Positions 18,397 to 28,078 of a DNA stretch of 64,000 bases are shown here, in pieces. Source of the DNA: Patescibacteria group bacterium (GTDB lineage: Bacteria > Patescibacteriota > Patescibacteriia > CAIXNZ01); contig JAQTMG010000002.1 of NCBI GenBank assembly GCA_028714455.1, positions 38,047-102,046 of the forward strand. The letters run 5' to 3'. Position 1 is the stretch's first letter. The number at the start of each line of letters is the position of its first letter. Made by a program: the position numbers and the translations under genes. Under the pieces are notes generated by a model. That model was not told the DNA's origin and ran no database searches. It was given only the letters and a program-made list of their open reading frames with translations.

Positions 18397-18416
18397 AATC
18401 TTGTCCTTTTTTATTT
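18385..18416 (+). terminator. hairpin AGGACAAGGTAAAATCTTGTCCT + T-run
   Basis: Overlaps the stop codon. Confidence 0.65.
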
Positions 18417-18435
18417 AAACAAGTATGATTAAAGT

Positions 18436-18903
18436 ATGAAAATAAAAATAATTGCCATTTCCAAAGATAAATTTGATTACATTAATGACGGTGTAATCGA
18501 TTATGTGGCGCGCCTGAAAAAGTATGCTGATGTGGACATTTTGAATTTGAAAGAAGAAGCGATAAAGAGTCAGCCAATTGATGATATTTTAGAAAAAGAA
18601 GGCGAAAAGATTTTAGCCAAATTAGATGATGAATATTATAATATCGCTTTGCACAGAATGGGCCAGGGAAAAACCAGTTTTGAATTTGCCAAATTAATTG
18701 AAGATGTGCGCGATTTTAAGGGCGGCAAGATTTGTTTTATTATCGGCGGTCCGCTCGGACTTTCACAAAAAGTTTTGGCGAGCGTTGATTTGACCCTTTC
18801 ATTATCAAGAATGACGCTTACTCATCAGATGACGCGGCTGGTACTTTTAGAACAAATCTATCGTGGGTTTGAAATTTTGGCTGGCACTGAATATAATAAA
18901 TAA
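18436..18903 (+). CDS. rlmH: 23S rRNA (pseudouridine1915-N3)-methyltransferase
   Basis: SPOUT fold; IIGGPLGLS; 155 aa. Confidence 0.85.
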   Translation: MKIKIIAISKDKFDYINDGVIDYVARLKKYADVDILNLKEEAIKSQPIDDILEKEGEKILAKLDDEYYNIALHRMGQGKTSFEFAKLIEDVRDFKGGKICFIIGGPLGLSQKVLASVDLTLSLSRMTLTHQMTRLVLLEQIYRGFEILAGTEYNK

Positions 18904-18917
18904 ATTCTTCATATTTT

Positions 18918-19499
18918 ATGGCTATTAATAATATCGAAATTGAAATACAAGTTAATATTGGAAATATCAAACCACTATTGAATTTTCTTGAGTTAAGGGC
19001 GATTTTTCAGGCCGAAAAAAGACAGATTGATGAATATTTTTCCCCAATCCATGATGATTTTTTAGCAGTCAGGCCAGTTAGGGAATGGCTACGTTTGCGC
19101 GATGCCAACGGCAAATGTTCATTAAATTATAAAAATTGGCATTTTGATGCTAGCGGAAAAAGCAACTATTGCGATGAATTTGAAACCGGAATTGACAAAT
19201 TTGAGCCGGTTAAGAAGATGTTGAATGTTCTCAATTTTAAATCAATCATTACGGTTGAAAAGTTGAGAAAAATTTGGACTTTTAAGGACTATGAAATTGC
19301 CATAGATTCCGTTAAGAATTTGGGTGATTTTGTGGAGATTGAATATATTGGGAATGATGATCGTGTTGAACCGCAAAAAATAACAGATGAAATGATTAAC
19401 TTTTTGAAAAATTTAGAATGCGGAAAAATTACTAGAAACTATGTTGGGTATCCTTTTCAATTGCTTTTTCCTGATGAAGTAAAATACGATATTTTATGA
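18918..19499 (+). CDS. CYTH-domain protein (CyaB / thiamine-triphosphatase-like)
   Basis: N-terminal EIEIQ beta-strand pattern; 193 aa. Confidence 0.6.
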   Translation: MAINNIEIEIQVNIGNIKPLLNFLELRAIFQAEKRQIDEYFSPIHDDFLAVRPVREWLRLRDANGKCSLNYKNWHFDASGKSNYCDEFETGIDKFEPVKKMLNVLNFKSIITVEKLRKIWTFKDYEIAIDSVKNLGDFVEIEYIGNDDRVEPQKITDEMINFLKNLECGKITRNYVGYPFQLLFPDEVKYDIL

Positions 19500-20188
19500 G
19501 AAAATTTAACCAGACAATTGTAATTTCAGTTGGCGGATCATTAATTTGTCCCGAGAGTATTGATGTGGATTTTTTAAAAGATTTTAAAAAGGTTATTTTA
19601 GATTACATCAAAGAAGATAATCGGGTGATTTTGGTTGCCGGTGGAGGAAAAATTTGCCGAAAATATAATGAGGCAGTCAAACAATTAGAAGATAATTTAT
19701 TAGCCGAACAACTCGATGCCATGGGAATTAGAGCCACAAAATTAAATGCCGAGCTGGTCAGATTGGCTTTTGGCGAATTAGCTTATAATAAAATTTTAGA
19801 TGCACCAGATGAAAAAGTTATTAGCGATAAACAAGTTATTGTGGCTGGCGGCTGGAAACCTGGCGCCTCTTCAGACAATATGGCCGTGAATTTGGCTAAA
19901 TTTTTTGGCGCTAAAAAAGTCATTAACTTGAGCAATATAGATTATGTTTATGACAAAAATCCCAAAGAGTTTAAAGACGCCAAGCCGATTCCGAAAATGA
20001 CTTGGCCTGAATTTTTTCAACTAGTGGGTGAAGATTGGAAACCTGGCATGAACGCGCCATTTGATCCGATTGCCAGCAAATTAGCGCAAGAATTAAAATT
20101 GGAAGTGGCTGTTTTAAACGGAAAGAATACTAATAATCTTATGAGTTATTTGAAAGAGGAAAAATTTATAGGAACGATAATATCTTAA
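19496..20188 (+). CDS. pyrH: amino-acid-kinase family protein, probably UMP kinase
   Basis: VISVGGSLI, ILVAGGG, LDAMGIRAT, NIDYVYDKNP. Confidence 0.55.
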   Translation: MRKFNQTIVISVGGSLICPESIDVDFLKDFKKVILDYIKEDNRVILVAGGGKICRKYNEAVKQLEDNLLAEQLDAMGIRATKLNAELVRLAFGELAYNKILDAPDEKVISDKQVIVAGGWKPGASSDNMAVNLAKFFGAKKVINLSNIDYVYDKNPKEFKDAKPIPKMTWPEFFQLVGEDWKPGMNAPFDPIASKLAQELKLEVAVLNGKNTNNLMSYLKEEKFIGTIIS

Positions 20189-20196
20189 GAAAAAAT

Positions 20197-21078
20197 TTAT
20201 AACAATGAGTTAGCATCAAATTTCGGCGTGTAATTTTTGTCAGCCGATTCCAGTTCCTGAAAGTAACCGCCAGCAAATTTTAAATCTTCATAATATTTTT
20301 TAATCTCATTATATTCTACGGATGAGATTTTTTTATTTAGTTCAGGATATTGATCGGCTAAATACATCGGGTAGTATTGGCTCATTAAACTAACCCAAAC
20401 TTTATCGCCAAAATTTTCCTTGATTGATTTCAGAATCCGTTTGGAATCTTCAATCTGGTCCGGCAAAATTAAGTGTCTGATGATAACGCCTTTTTTGATT
20501 AAGCCGTTTGAACCTAGTTTAACCTCGCCAATCTGATTTACCATCTCGGTAATGGCGTTAAGGGCGGTTTTAAGGTAGTTTGGGGCCTTGGAATAGCGAA
20601 TGGCTAATTCATTATTATAATATTTAAAATCAGGCAAATAAATGTCGACCAAACCGTTTAGTTGTTTTAAGGTTTCAACTTTTTCATAAGCATTGGAATT
20701 CCAAACGATTGGCAATTTTGTCTTGGCTTTTATTTCAGGTAGTAGCTTAATTAGCAGATGAGAATAGGGTGTCGGGGTGACAAAGTTTAAATTATGAGCG
20801 CCCTGTTTTTTTAATTTTAAACAAAGATCGATAAAATCATTCTCGCTAACTATTTTTCCTTGTCCCAATTGGGAAATTTGGTAATTTTGGCAATAAACAC
20901 ACTTGAGGTTGCAATGGGAAAAGAAAATCGCGCCAGAACCAATAGCGCCGGAAATGCATGGTTCTTCCCATTTATGAAGCTGAATATGGGCAATTTTAAA
21001 ATCAGCCGGGGCCTGGCAGACACCGAAAGAGTTTATTCTATCGGCACTACAGTTGTGCGGGCAAAGGTTACATTTCAT
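20197..21078 (-). CDS. radical SAM protein, PflX-like (COG1313)
   Basis: N-terminal CNLCPHNC...GVC plus CNLKCVYC. Confidence 0.7.
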   Translation of the reverse strand: MKCNLCPHNCSADRINSFGVCQAPADFKIAHIQLHKWEEPCISGAIGSGAIFFSHCNLKCVYCQNYQISQLGQGKIVSENDFIDLCLKLKKQGAHNLNFVTPTPYSHLLIKLLPEIKAKTKLPIVWNSNAYEKVETLKQLNGLVDIYLPDFKYYNNELAIRYSKAPNYLKTALNAITEMVNQIGEVKLGSNGLIKKGVIIRHLILPDQIEDSKRILKSIKENFGDKVWVSLMSQYYPMYLADQYPELNKKISSVEYNEIKKYYEDLKFAGGYFQELESADKNYTPKFDANSLL

Positions 21079-21117
21079 ATTTATTTAGTATAAAGCTTTA
21101 AATATTTTTGTAAACTT

Positions 21118-21146
21118 GCCAAAATAATTAAAAAGCCTTAAGATTA
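21118..21146 (+). promoter_or_regulatory. promoter TTGCCAAAA-N-TAAGAT, member of the conserved motif family
   Basis: Spacer 17. Confidence 0.5.
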
Positions 21147-21219
21147 AGGCGCCGAAAGGCTTGATAATAAAGAATTCCAGTTCGGACCTTGAAAATAAAA
21201 TAATAAAAAGGAGGAAGTA

Positions 21220-22722
21220 ATGGGAAAAGGAAGTAGGGGTAATAGAGGGAGAGGAAAGTTCAGTCTGCCGCCTTCGTTGAGAGCTCTTCCGCCCAGATTT
21301 GACAGAAAGCCAGATCTTGTTTTGGTAAGTGAACCTAAGTCGAGGATATTCAAACCGCTGAAGATAGACAGTTCGCCAAAAAAAGTTTTTATTTTGGATA
21401 CCTCGGTTCTTATCCACGATCCTGAATCAATCGAATATCTGGCCGGTAACGGCAATCTGGTGGTGGTCTTGTCCTGCGTTATTCAGGAGCTGGATCATTT
21501 AAAGATGTCGGAGAATGATGCCGTGGCGCGGGCATCTCGGGAAGCGACCCGAAAAATGGAAAAATATCAGTTGAGAGGTAATTGCCGGCGCGGCGTAAAA
21601 GCCGACAGAGGCGGTTACATCATTTTCGTGGAAGCCGATTTGGATAATCTTTTTGTGGCCGATTCGATCTTGATTGAATACGCCCGATCGCAAGTCATCA
21701 AGGAATTAAGGGCGCAGTCGGTCATCATCGTCAGTAAAGACACCAACTTGCGCTTGGCGGCCAGAACCAAGGGCGTAACCGCGGAAGATTACAACACTGA
21801 CAAGGTATCGAATCCCGAGAGCTTGTTGCCCGGCTTCTCTGAATTTAAAGTTCCCCTGAATGAGGTAGAGTTTAAAAAAGGAGAATGCGGTCGTGAAAAA
21901 GAAAGGAAATTTGTCTTGATGCTGGACGACAGTATCCTCGCGCAGCACATTGACGTGAACAAGCTCAAGGAAAATAACTGCTGTAAAATAATTCTGGCCA
22001 ATGGAAATGTATTGTATACGATTTTCAAGAAAAGCCTGGGCGCCTTTTCGCTTTTTCACAGAGATTTCAAAAGGATAAAGCCGAAAAATGACGAACAGAC
22101 ATTTGCTCTGGCCCTGCTTTTCGACCCGACCATAGAGCTGGTGGCTTTGCCGGGTCCAGCCGGCACGGGCAAAACTTTACTGTCGCTTTTGGCGGGCTAT
22201 GTACAGCTTGACGATCTTTATCGCAAAATACTAGTGCTTCGCCCGATTGAGACAGTGGGCCGAGATCTCGGTTCTTTGCCCGGCGACCAGAGTGAAAAAT
22301 TCGCGCCTTGGCAGCTGCCGATTATTGACAATTTTAATTTAATTCTGGGCGTGAATGAGAATGAAAGGCCGAGGAAGGGTAGAGAAACCAGGAGTGATGA
22401 TTTTGAGCAATACAACCAGCTGGAGATTTCGCCCTACATCTATATCAGGGGCAGAAGCATAAAGGGTGAATTCATGATCGTTGACGAGGCTCAAAATATT
22501 CCGCCCAAAGATCTTAAGACAATCGTGTCCCGAGCCGGACAGAACACCAAGGTCGTGGTTATCGGTGACCCGGAACAAATCGATCACCATTATCTTGACC
22601 GGAGTTCCAACGGTTTGATCGTATTGATAAAGAAGATGATCGGCTTGCCGCTTTTTGGCTCGGTCACTTTGAAAACAAGCGAAAGGTCAGAGCTTTCTGG
22701 CCTGATAGCTAGCTTAATGTAA
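21220..22722 (+). CDS. PhoH2-type protein (N-terminal PIN domain fused to PhoH ATPase)
   Basis: VFILDTSVLIHD (PIN); GPAGTGKT Walker A; SD AAAGGAGGAAGTAATG; higher GC. Confidence 0.8.
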   Translation: MGKGSRGNRGRGKFSLPPSLRALPPRFDRKPDLVLVSEPKSRIFKPLKIDSSPKKVFILDTSVLIHDPESIEYLAGNGNLVVVLSCVIQELDHLKMSENDAVARASREATRKMEKYQLRGNCRRGVKADRGGYIIFVEADLDNLFVADSILIEYARSQVIKELRAQSVIIVSKDTNLRLAARTKGVTAEDYNTDKVSNPESLLPGFSEFKVPLNEVEFKKGECGREKERKFVLMLDDSILAQHIDVNKLKENNCCKIILANGNVLYTIFKKSLGAFSLFHRDFKRIKPKNDEQTFALALLFDPTIELVALPGPAGTGKTLLSLLAGYVQLDDLYRKILVLRPIETVGRDLGSLPGDQSEKFAPWQLPIIDNFNLILGVNENERPRKGRETRSDDFEQYNQLEISPYIYIRGRSIKGEFMIVDEAQNIPPKDLKTIVSRAGQNTKVVVIGDPEQIDHHYLDRSSNGLIVLIKKMIGLPLFGSVTLKTSERSELSGLIASLM

Positions 22723-22728
22723 TCATAA

Positions 22729-22758
22729 GCCCTTCCGCAAAAACGGAAGGGCTTTTTC
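22729..22758 (+). terminator. hairpin GCCCTTCCGCAAAAACGGAAGGGC + TTTTT
   Basis: 10-bp stem. Confidence 0.7.
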
Positions 22759-22790
22759 TATATCCGCAGCAGCTTTTGGCGCAGGCGGAT

Positions 22791-22819
22791 TTGACAAAAA
22801 TTATACTCCTGCTATACTG
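22791..22819 (+). promoter_or_regulatory. promoter TTGACAAAA-N17-TATACT for the rplJ-rplL operon
   Basis: Followed by a ~200-nt leader, a possible L10 autoregulatory leader. Confidence 0.55.
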
Positions 22820-22977
22820 TATTTATAACCGCAGACAATAGGTTTTCGCAAGATGTAAATCCTATCGAGGTTGTAAAATCAATAATTGATTTTTTATCGT
22901 ATTGTCTGTGGGAAACCGCAGATTTTTTTGTTTTAGATATTGGAGATTGGTGACTGGAGATTAGCGAAAGGAAAAAT

Positions 22978-23011
22978 CCATTCCCTAATCTCTAATCCCT
23001 AATAAACTAAT
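22978..23011. repeat. heptamer tandem repeat (CTAATCN-like)
   Basis: CCATTCC CTAATCT CTAATCC CTAATAA ACTAAT. Confidence 0.55.
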
Positions 23012-23022
23012 ATCAAATAAAT

Positions 23023-23547
23023 ATGCCAAAAACTAAAGTACAAAAGAAGGAAATATTAGACGAACTAGTGGAAAAGCTCGGCAAGTTTAAGGCCGCTGTT
23101 TTTACTGATTATAAGGGCCTAACCGTGGCCGAAGCCAAAGAAGTTCGTAAGATGGCCAAGAAACAAAATGCCGAATACATCGTGGCCAAAAAGACCCTGA
23201 TTCAAAAAGCATTAGAACAAGTAGGCATTAAGGATATTGATGTAAAGAAAATGCAGGGTAATGTTTCATTAATCATTGGTTTTGAAGATGAAATCGGACC
23301 AGCCAAGGTTGCGGCTGAATTTGGCAGAAAACACGAGAGCCTGAAAATGATCGGCGGTATCATGGAAAACAAGTTTATTGATTTGGATCAGGTAATCGCT
23401 TTATCAAAGATTCCGCCCAAGATGGAATTGCTGACTCAATTAGTTGGCAGTCTGCAATCGCCGATTCGTGGTTTTGCCACTGTCTTGGCAGGCAATCTGC
23501 GCGGACTTTTAACCGCTTTGAACGCGATTAAAGAACAAAAAGTTTAA
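23023..23547 (+). CDS. rplJ: 50S ribosomal protein L10
   Basis: KKEILDELVEKLGKFKAAVFTDYKGLTVAE. Confidence 0.9.
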   Translation: MPKTKVQKKEILDELVEKLGKFKAAVFTDYKGLTVAEAKEVRKMAKKQNAEYIVAKKTLIQKALEQVGIKDIDVKKMQGNVSLIIGFEDEIGPAKVAAEFGRKHESLKMIGGIMENKFIDLDQVIALSKIPPKMELLTQLVGSLQSPIRGFATVLAGNLRGLLTALNAIKEQKV

Positions 23548-23548
23548 A

Positions 23549-23594
23549 CGGCTTTGGGCTTAGAGCCTTGAGCTCGGTGCCCTTAGCTCGTAGC
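23549..23594. repeat. heptamer (GCTC-type) tandem repeat between rplJ and rplL
   Basis: CGGCTTT GGGCTTA GAGCCTT GAGCTCG GTGCCCT TAGCTCG TAGC, period 7. Confidence 0.6.
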
Positions 23595-23628
23595 ATTCAA
23601 TTATTATTAATAATTTATAAATAAAACT

Positions 23629-24027
23629 ATGGCAGAAAAAAAAGAAGTTACTGTCCCAGCTAAATTTAAATCTTTAGTTGAGGAAATCGAAAAAATGTCA
23701 GTGCTTGACCTCGCTGAATTAGTCAAAATTTTGGAAGACAAGTTCGGCGTTTCAGCCGCTGCGCCAATGGCAGTCATGGCCGGCCCGGCAGCCGCCGCTC
23801 CAGCCGCCGAAGCTAAATCAGAATTCAATGTTGAACTGGCTTCAGCCGGTGACAATAAGATCGGCGTGATTAAGGCCCTGAAAGACATTACCGGTCTTGG
23901 ACTGAAAGAGGCAAAAGATATGGTTGACGGCGCTCCAAAGATGATTAAGGAAAAGGTGAAGAAAGACGAGGCAGAAGCTATGAAGAAAAAGCTTGAAGAG
24001 GCTGGCGCTAGTGTTAATCTGAAATAA
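23629..24027 (+). CDS. rplL: 50S ribosomal protein L7/L12
   Basis: Ala-rich hinge AAAPAAEA; C-terminal [12 protein letters not shown]...LEEAGA. Confidence 0.95.
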   Translation: MAEKKEVTVPAKFKSLVEEIEKMSVLDLAELVKILEDKFGVSAAAPMAVMAGPAAAAPAAEAKSEFNVELASAGDNKIGVIKALKDITGLGLKEAKDMVDGAPKMIKEKVKKDEAEAMKKKLEEAGASVNLK

Positions 24028-24040
24028 AAAGTACAAAAAA

Positions 24041-24129
24041 CCACCCTGTCATTCCGAATGTAATGAGGAATCTAGAACTTAATAATAAAAGTAATAGATC
24101 CTTCGCTACGCTCTGGATGACAGGGTGGT
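24041..24129. repeat. palindromic repeat element family A, copy 2 (outer stem CCACCCTG/CAGGGTGG), doubling as the rplL terminator
   Basis: Followed by TTTTATTTT. Confidence 0.8.
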
Positions 24130-24130
24130 T

Positions 24131-26368
24131 TTATTTTATATGTGTGAGGTCGATTGAGTAGATTTGGTTGTTATTGACCAGATACATTTTTTTGTCTTTT
24201 TCTGACACATCAAAAGCTCGCAGGCCGTCAAATTTTGAACTGTAGTATTGGGTAATCAACTGGCCCTCTTTATCCAGCACGACAACTCTATTATTTTTCG
24301 GTTCCATGACGTAAATGTAATTTGTGCCATCGCTGGTTAAAAGCTGGGTTGGCGCTTCAAGGCCCGGGTCAAGGTTTTTTATGTCAAAAGTTTTTTGCGC
24401 GCCCTTGTTGAATTTATCAATCTTGCCCGTAGAATCAAGCAGCCAGATATTTGAATCAATGCCTAGCGACAAGATATTTTTCATGTCAAAAGGATTTTTT
24501 AGCCAGGTAGCGCCCGCGTCGTAGCCGGTTTCGCTCGAGGTGTATCTGTAAATTTGATTGTTAGACAAGTCAGCGGCATAGAGTCGGCCATTGTAAAAGG
24601 CAAAAGCAATAATTTTTCCTTTGGCCGGCAAGGTTAGGTCGATGGGCATGAAAGAACCGTTTTTGTGTTCCACAAAGCCGTTTTTATCCTGATAGGCGAG
24701 TATCTGATTGCCCGCGACTTTCACTTTAGTAATTTTGCCGATAGCTGACAAATTAGAAGTAAACGCATCTTGTTGTTTATTGGCTAAATTATATCGAAAG
24801 ACAGAGTTATTGTTGGAATCAAAGGCCAAGAGGAAGCCACTATAAAAAATTAGATTGGCGATGTTGGGTTTATTTTCCTCGCTCAAGTTAGCCAGTAGAG
24901 TCGGTTCTTCAATATCAACGATGTGGCGAAGTTTGGCAATGACCGCCTGGATTTCAGAATTTAAATTTTGATAGCTTTCTTTTTGCTTTTGCGAATTGAT
25001 GGGCAGGGTGGCCAGAATATTTTGCGCCTCCTCGATTTCGGTTCTGGCCTTGGCCTCGTCACCGATAATGATGTCTGACTCGGCCTGGGCCTTTTTTATC
25101 TCTATCTGGTCAACTATGCTTTGAAAAGCCGGATTATCAGTCGAATTATTTTTCACTTGTTTGAAATAAGCGGTTGAAAAAAGGAAGAGAATGACAAAAG
25201 CGATAACCACGGCTATGAGCAGTTTGGAAAAACGCGGTATTTTGGCCAATTGAGTTTTGAGATAAATAAGTTTTAAACGCAGCCAGAGCTTGGTTTTTTC
25301 CATTTTTTCGCCGTAGAAAGGAGTTCTCTGCAATGTTTTTCGAAACGACTTATTTAATTTCAGTTTGAGACTGCCCAGAGGCGCTTTGGTGGCTTCAAAG
25401 GCGCCGGTTTCGTCGTTCAAACTGGGCAGAGCCGGTTGCTTAGCAGCCATTTTACGCTCCTGCAGATTTTTTTCCATTGAATCCCACATTTTTTTGAGCG
25501 GAATCATGATGGCTCCGCCAAAACCCTTGGCAATCGACCAGAACGAGGGCGAGAGTAGTTTTTCGGTCGAGCTCTCTGTCTTGGTCAGATCGGAAATGGA
25601 AGTCACTGATTTTGGTATGGCTGATTGCGCTTCGTGTTCGCTGGAAGAATTTTTTACGATAATGGCCGCGAAGTTTTGGCCCTCGGTTTGGAGCAAAGAA
25701 TTTTTAAAATATTCAGCGGCCTTGTGAATGGGCAGGGAAGTGATGGTCTTTTGAATTCTTTCCAGCGTGACAAAATTCAGGAAACTGCTGTTGGAAAGAA
25801 ATAAATAGTCGGGCGGGTTTAATTCGCCTTCCATGAAATTGGAAAAGAGTTTGTGCGCGTTATCTGTTTTAATTTCATCGGAACTTTTTGTTTGCCTCAA
25901 GTCAATGGTCTTGTAATCCTGCTTGGTTTTATGAACCAGGTATAAAGAGATGTCATTGGAATAGGAAACGCAGAGCTTATTATGGTGCAGCACGCCCACG
26001 GCCAGATTTATTTTTTCCTTGATCGTGTTTTCATTCAAACTGCCGACCAGATAAAATTTCTTTTCCGCGATCAGCTGGTTAAATCTTTGGTTCACGCGTT
26101 CCAGGGCGCTCTCAAACGCGGCCGCGATGTCCTCACTATTTTCATCTGTCTCGCCGTAATACGATTCTTCCAGCGCGTCAATCAGCTGCGTGATAATGTA
26201 GGGGTTTTCCCGGCTGGGTACATTAATTTCAATAATGCCAAAAAGACGACCCATTTGGTCTTCCAGCGCCAGATTCGGCTCACTAATAAAAAGCTTGCAG
26301 GTCGAAGCCGCCCTGCTGCCGTAATAATTTATAAATATGTTGGCAAACTGACTGCTAAATTCAGGCAT
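24131..26368 (-). CDS. large hypothetical membrane-anchored protein (745 aa; single TM ~aa 380, beta-rich C-terminal domain)
   Basis: Intact ORF; LLIAVVIAFVILFLF TM helix; no enzymatic motif seen. Confidence 0.5.
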   Translation of the reverse strand: MPEFSSQFANIFINYYGSRAASTCKLFISEPNLALEDQMGRLFGIIEINVPSRENPYIITQLIDALEESYYGETDENSEDIAAAFESALERVNQRFNQLIAEKKFYLVGSLNENTIKEKINLAVGVLHHNKLCVSYSNDISLYLVHKTKQDYKTIDLRQTKSSDEIKTDNAHKLFSNFMEGELNPPDYLFLSNSSFLNFVTLERIQKTITSLPIHKAAEYFKNSLLQTEGQNFAAIIVKNSSSEHEAQSAIPKSVTSISDLTKTESSTEKLLSPSFWSIAKGFGGAIMIPLKKMWDSMEKNLQERKMAAKQPALPSLNDETGAFEATKAPLGSLKLKLNKSFRKTLQRTPFYGEKMEKTKLWLRLKLIYLKTQLAKIPRFSKLLIAVVIAFVILFLFSTAYFKQVKNNSTDNPAFQSIVDQIEIKKAQAESDIIIGDEAKARTEIEEAQNILATLPINSQKQKESYQNLNSEIQAVIAKLRHIVDIEEPTLLANLSEENKPNIANLIFYSGFLLAFDSNNNSVFRYNLANKQQDAFTSNLSAIGKITKVKVAGNQILAYQDKNGFVEHKNGSFMPIDLTLPAKGKIIAFAFYNGRLYAADLSNNQIYRYTSSETGYDAGATWLKNPFDMKNILSLGIDSNIWLLDSTGKIDKFNKGAQKTFDIKNLDPGLEAPTQLLTSDGTNYIYVMEPKNNRVVVLDKEGQLITQYYSSKFDGLRAFDVSEKDKKMYLVNNNQIYSIDLTHIK

Positions 26369-26484
26369 ACTATAATAATTGACTTGTTTTTTATAAATGT
26401 ATTATACTAAAGATAGGGAAAATTTGAAAGGGTTTTACGCCTTTTCCGCCCATAATCATTGGCGCGGTAAAAAGACCTCAAAAT

Positions 26485-27075
26485 ATGCTTGAACAATTAT
26501 TTGGTTCACAATCTCGAGTCCGGCTCTTACAGATATTTTTGGCTAATCCGGATGAGAAATATTTTGTCAGAGAGCTGACCCGTTCTTTGAATTCCCAGAT
26601 AAACGCTGTCCGAAGGGAGCTGGAAAATCTGGAAGATTTAGGCGTGATTAAAATTTCTGAAGAAATTGAGGAAAAAAAGAATCAAAAAAAGAAATATTAT
26701 AAGGTGAACACTGATTTTATACTTTATCATGAATTGAAATCTATTTTTCAAAAGGCCCAATTTTTATTGGAAAAGAGATTCGCCAAATCAGTGCGCAAAA
26801 TCGGCAAGGTTTACTTTTTGGCCCTCACTGGCTCATTTGTGGGCAAAAAAGATGTGCCTATTGATATCATCGCCGTAGGTAGTCTGGGCAAGAAGAAATT
26901 TGAAAAGATAATTAGGAGTTTTCAAAAAGATCTGAAGAGGGAACTAAACTACACGCTTTTGGACAGGGAAGAATTTGATTACCGCCGCAGCGTGGCCGAC
27001 AGATTTTTGTACAACATTTTAGACAGCGACAAGATTGTTTTGATTGATGAGATTTTTAACCCGACTGAAGAATAA
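26485..27075 (+). CDS. hypothetical protein with N-terminal winged-helix-like region
   Basis: RVRLLQIFLANPDEKYFVRELTRSL pattern. Confidence 0.4.
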   Translation: MLEQLFGSQSRVRLLQIFLANPDEKYFVRELTRSLNSQINAVRRELENLEDLGVIKISEEIEEKKNQKKKYYKVNTDFILYHELKSIFQKAQFLLEKRFAKSVRKIGKVYFLALTGSFVGKKDVPIDIIAVGSLGKKKFEKIIRSFQKDLKRELNYTLLDREEFDYRRSVADRFLYNILDSDKIVLIDEIFNPTEE

Positions 27076-27079
27076 AGCC

Positions 27080-27493
27080 ATGGTTTTATTTATCAATGCC
27101 GCCAAGGAAAAAGAACTTTCAGTTTATTTAATTGATAGGACTAAGATAAAAAATCGCCTCAAGCAAAAAGGCGATTTTAAAGTTTCAGAATATCTTTTGC
27201 TTTTGGTTGATAAACTGCTTAAGAAAAATAAAATTGGTTTTGGCGATCTAACTGGCATCATCACAGTCAGCGGCCCAGGACCTTTTACTTCAGTCAGAAT
27301 TGCAGTGGCAGTTGCCAACACTTTATCGTATTCGTTAAAAATTCCAGTTGTTGGTATAGAGTTTAAAAAACGTCAAAGCGAAGAGCAAATTATTAAGCAG
27401 GGTTTATCAGCACTTAAAAAAACCAAAATTGGTTCATATATAAAACCGGTTTACGGGGGAGAGGCAAACATAACCAGACCAAAGAAAAGATAA
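27080..27493 (+). CDS. tsaB: tRNA threonylcarbamoyladenosine biosynthesis protein TsaB (short form)
   Basis: GIITVSGPGPFTSVRIAVAVAN motif; start moved to the internal ATG (MVLFINA). Confidence 0.65.
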   Translation: MVLFINAAKEKELSVYLIDRTKIKNRLKQKGDFKVSEYLLLLVDKLLKKNKIGFGDLTGIITVSGPGPFTSVRIAVAVANTLSYSLKIPVVGIEFKKRQSEEQIIKQGLSALKKTKIGSYIKPVYGGEANITRPKKR

Positions 27494-27503
27494 GGAGGTA
27501 CTA

Positions 27504-27692
27504 ATGGCGATTGAGATCGATTGTGATTGCGGTAAAAGCTATTTAGTCGGACCACAAATGCTGACCGTTGAGAAAACAAAAGATGGTCCAATAGTCACAT
27601 TTACTTGTCCGCATTGTAGGGAAAAGCAGATGGCCCTCGCTAGAGAGATCAAGGAAAAGGAGGAATATAAAAATGGCAAGAAAAAGACCTGA
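27504..27692 (+). CDS. small zinc-ribbon protein
   Basis: Perfect SD TAAGGAGGTACTAATG; CDCG...CPHC. Confidence 0.5.
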   Translation: MAIEIDCDCGKSYLVGPQMLTVEKTKDGPIVTFTCPHCREKQMALAREIKEKEEYKNGKKKT

Positions 27693-27915
27693 TCAAACAG
27701 CGAGTTCATTATTGAAAGGCAGACAGAGAATAAAAGACATACTTCTGAAGGCAGGAAAAGAGAGGAGGGTCGTTGATGCATCTGAGCTTTTTCCCGATTG
27801 CGGAGCTGATCGGGATAATGACATTTTAAGAACAGAAGTTCCACCAAAAATTCCATGCTGCATCGGTGTTAATGGGCCGCCATATAAACGCCTATTCCCA
27901 AAGCCAAGTTGTTAA
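27673..27915 (+). CDS. small hypothetical protein
   Basis: SD AGGAGGAATATAAAAATG. Confidence 0.4.
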   Translation: MARKRPDQTASSLLKGRQRIKDILLKAGKERRVVDASELFPDCGADRDNDILRTEVPPKIPCCIGVNGPPYKRLFPKPSC

Positions 27916-27935
27916 CAGCTTGGCTTTTTTATTTG
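27901..27935 (+). terminator. hairpin AAGCCAAGTTGTTAACAGCTTGGCTT + T-run
   Basis: Perfect 10-bp stem. Confidence 0.7.
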
Positions 27936-27968
27936 ATTCCAAGTTAATTTTGCCTGTGGATAGAGTGG

Positions 27969-27997
27969 TTGACGCGTATATTGCGGTGGGGTATAAT
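27969..27997 (+). promoter_or_regulatory. mraZ promoter TTGACG-N17-TATAAT
   Basis: Canonical -10. Confidence 0.65.
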
Positions 27998-28015
27998 GTA
28001 ATCAATGAGGGGAAA

Positions 28016-28056
28016 AGTGGATAAATGTGGGGATAACCCCGAAGAAGTGTGGATAA
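28016..28056 (+). promoter_or_regulatory. putative MraZ operator: GTGG(A/G) direct repeats at 10-11 bp spacing, including a perfect DnaA-box-like 9-mer TGTGGATAA
   Basis: AGTGGATAAATGTGGGGATAA...GTGTGGATAAG lies between the -10 and mraZ, as for MraZ-binding repeats. Confidence 0.45.
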
Positions 28057-28078
28057 GTCACTTTAGCTTAAAATCTTT

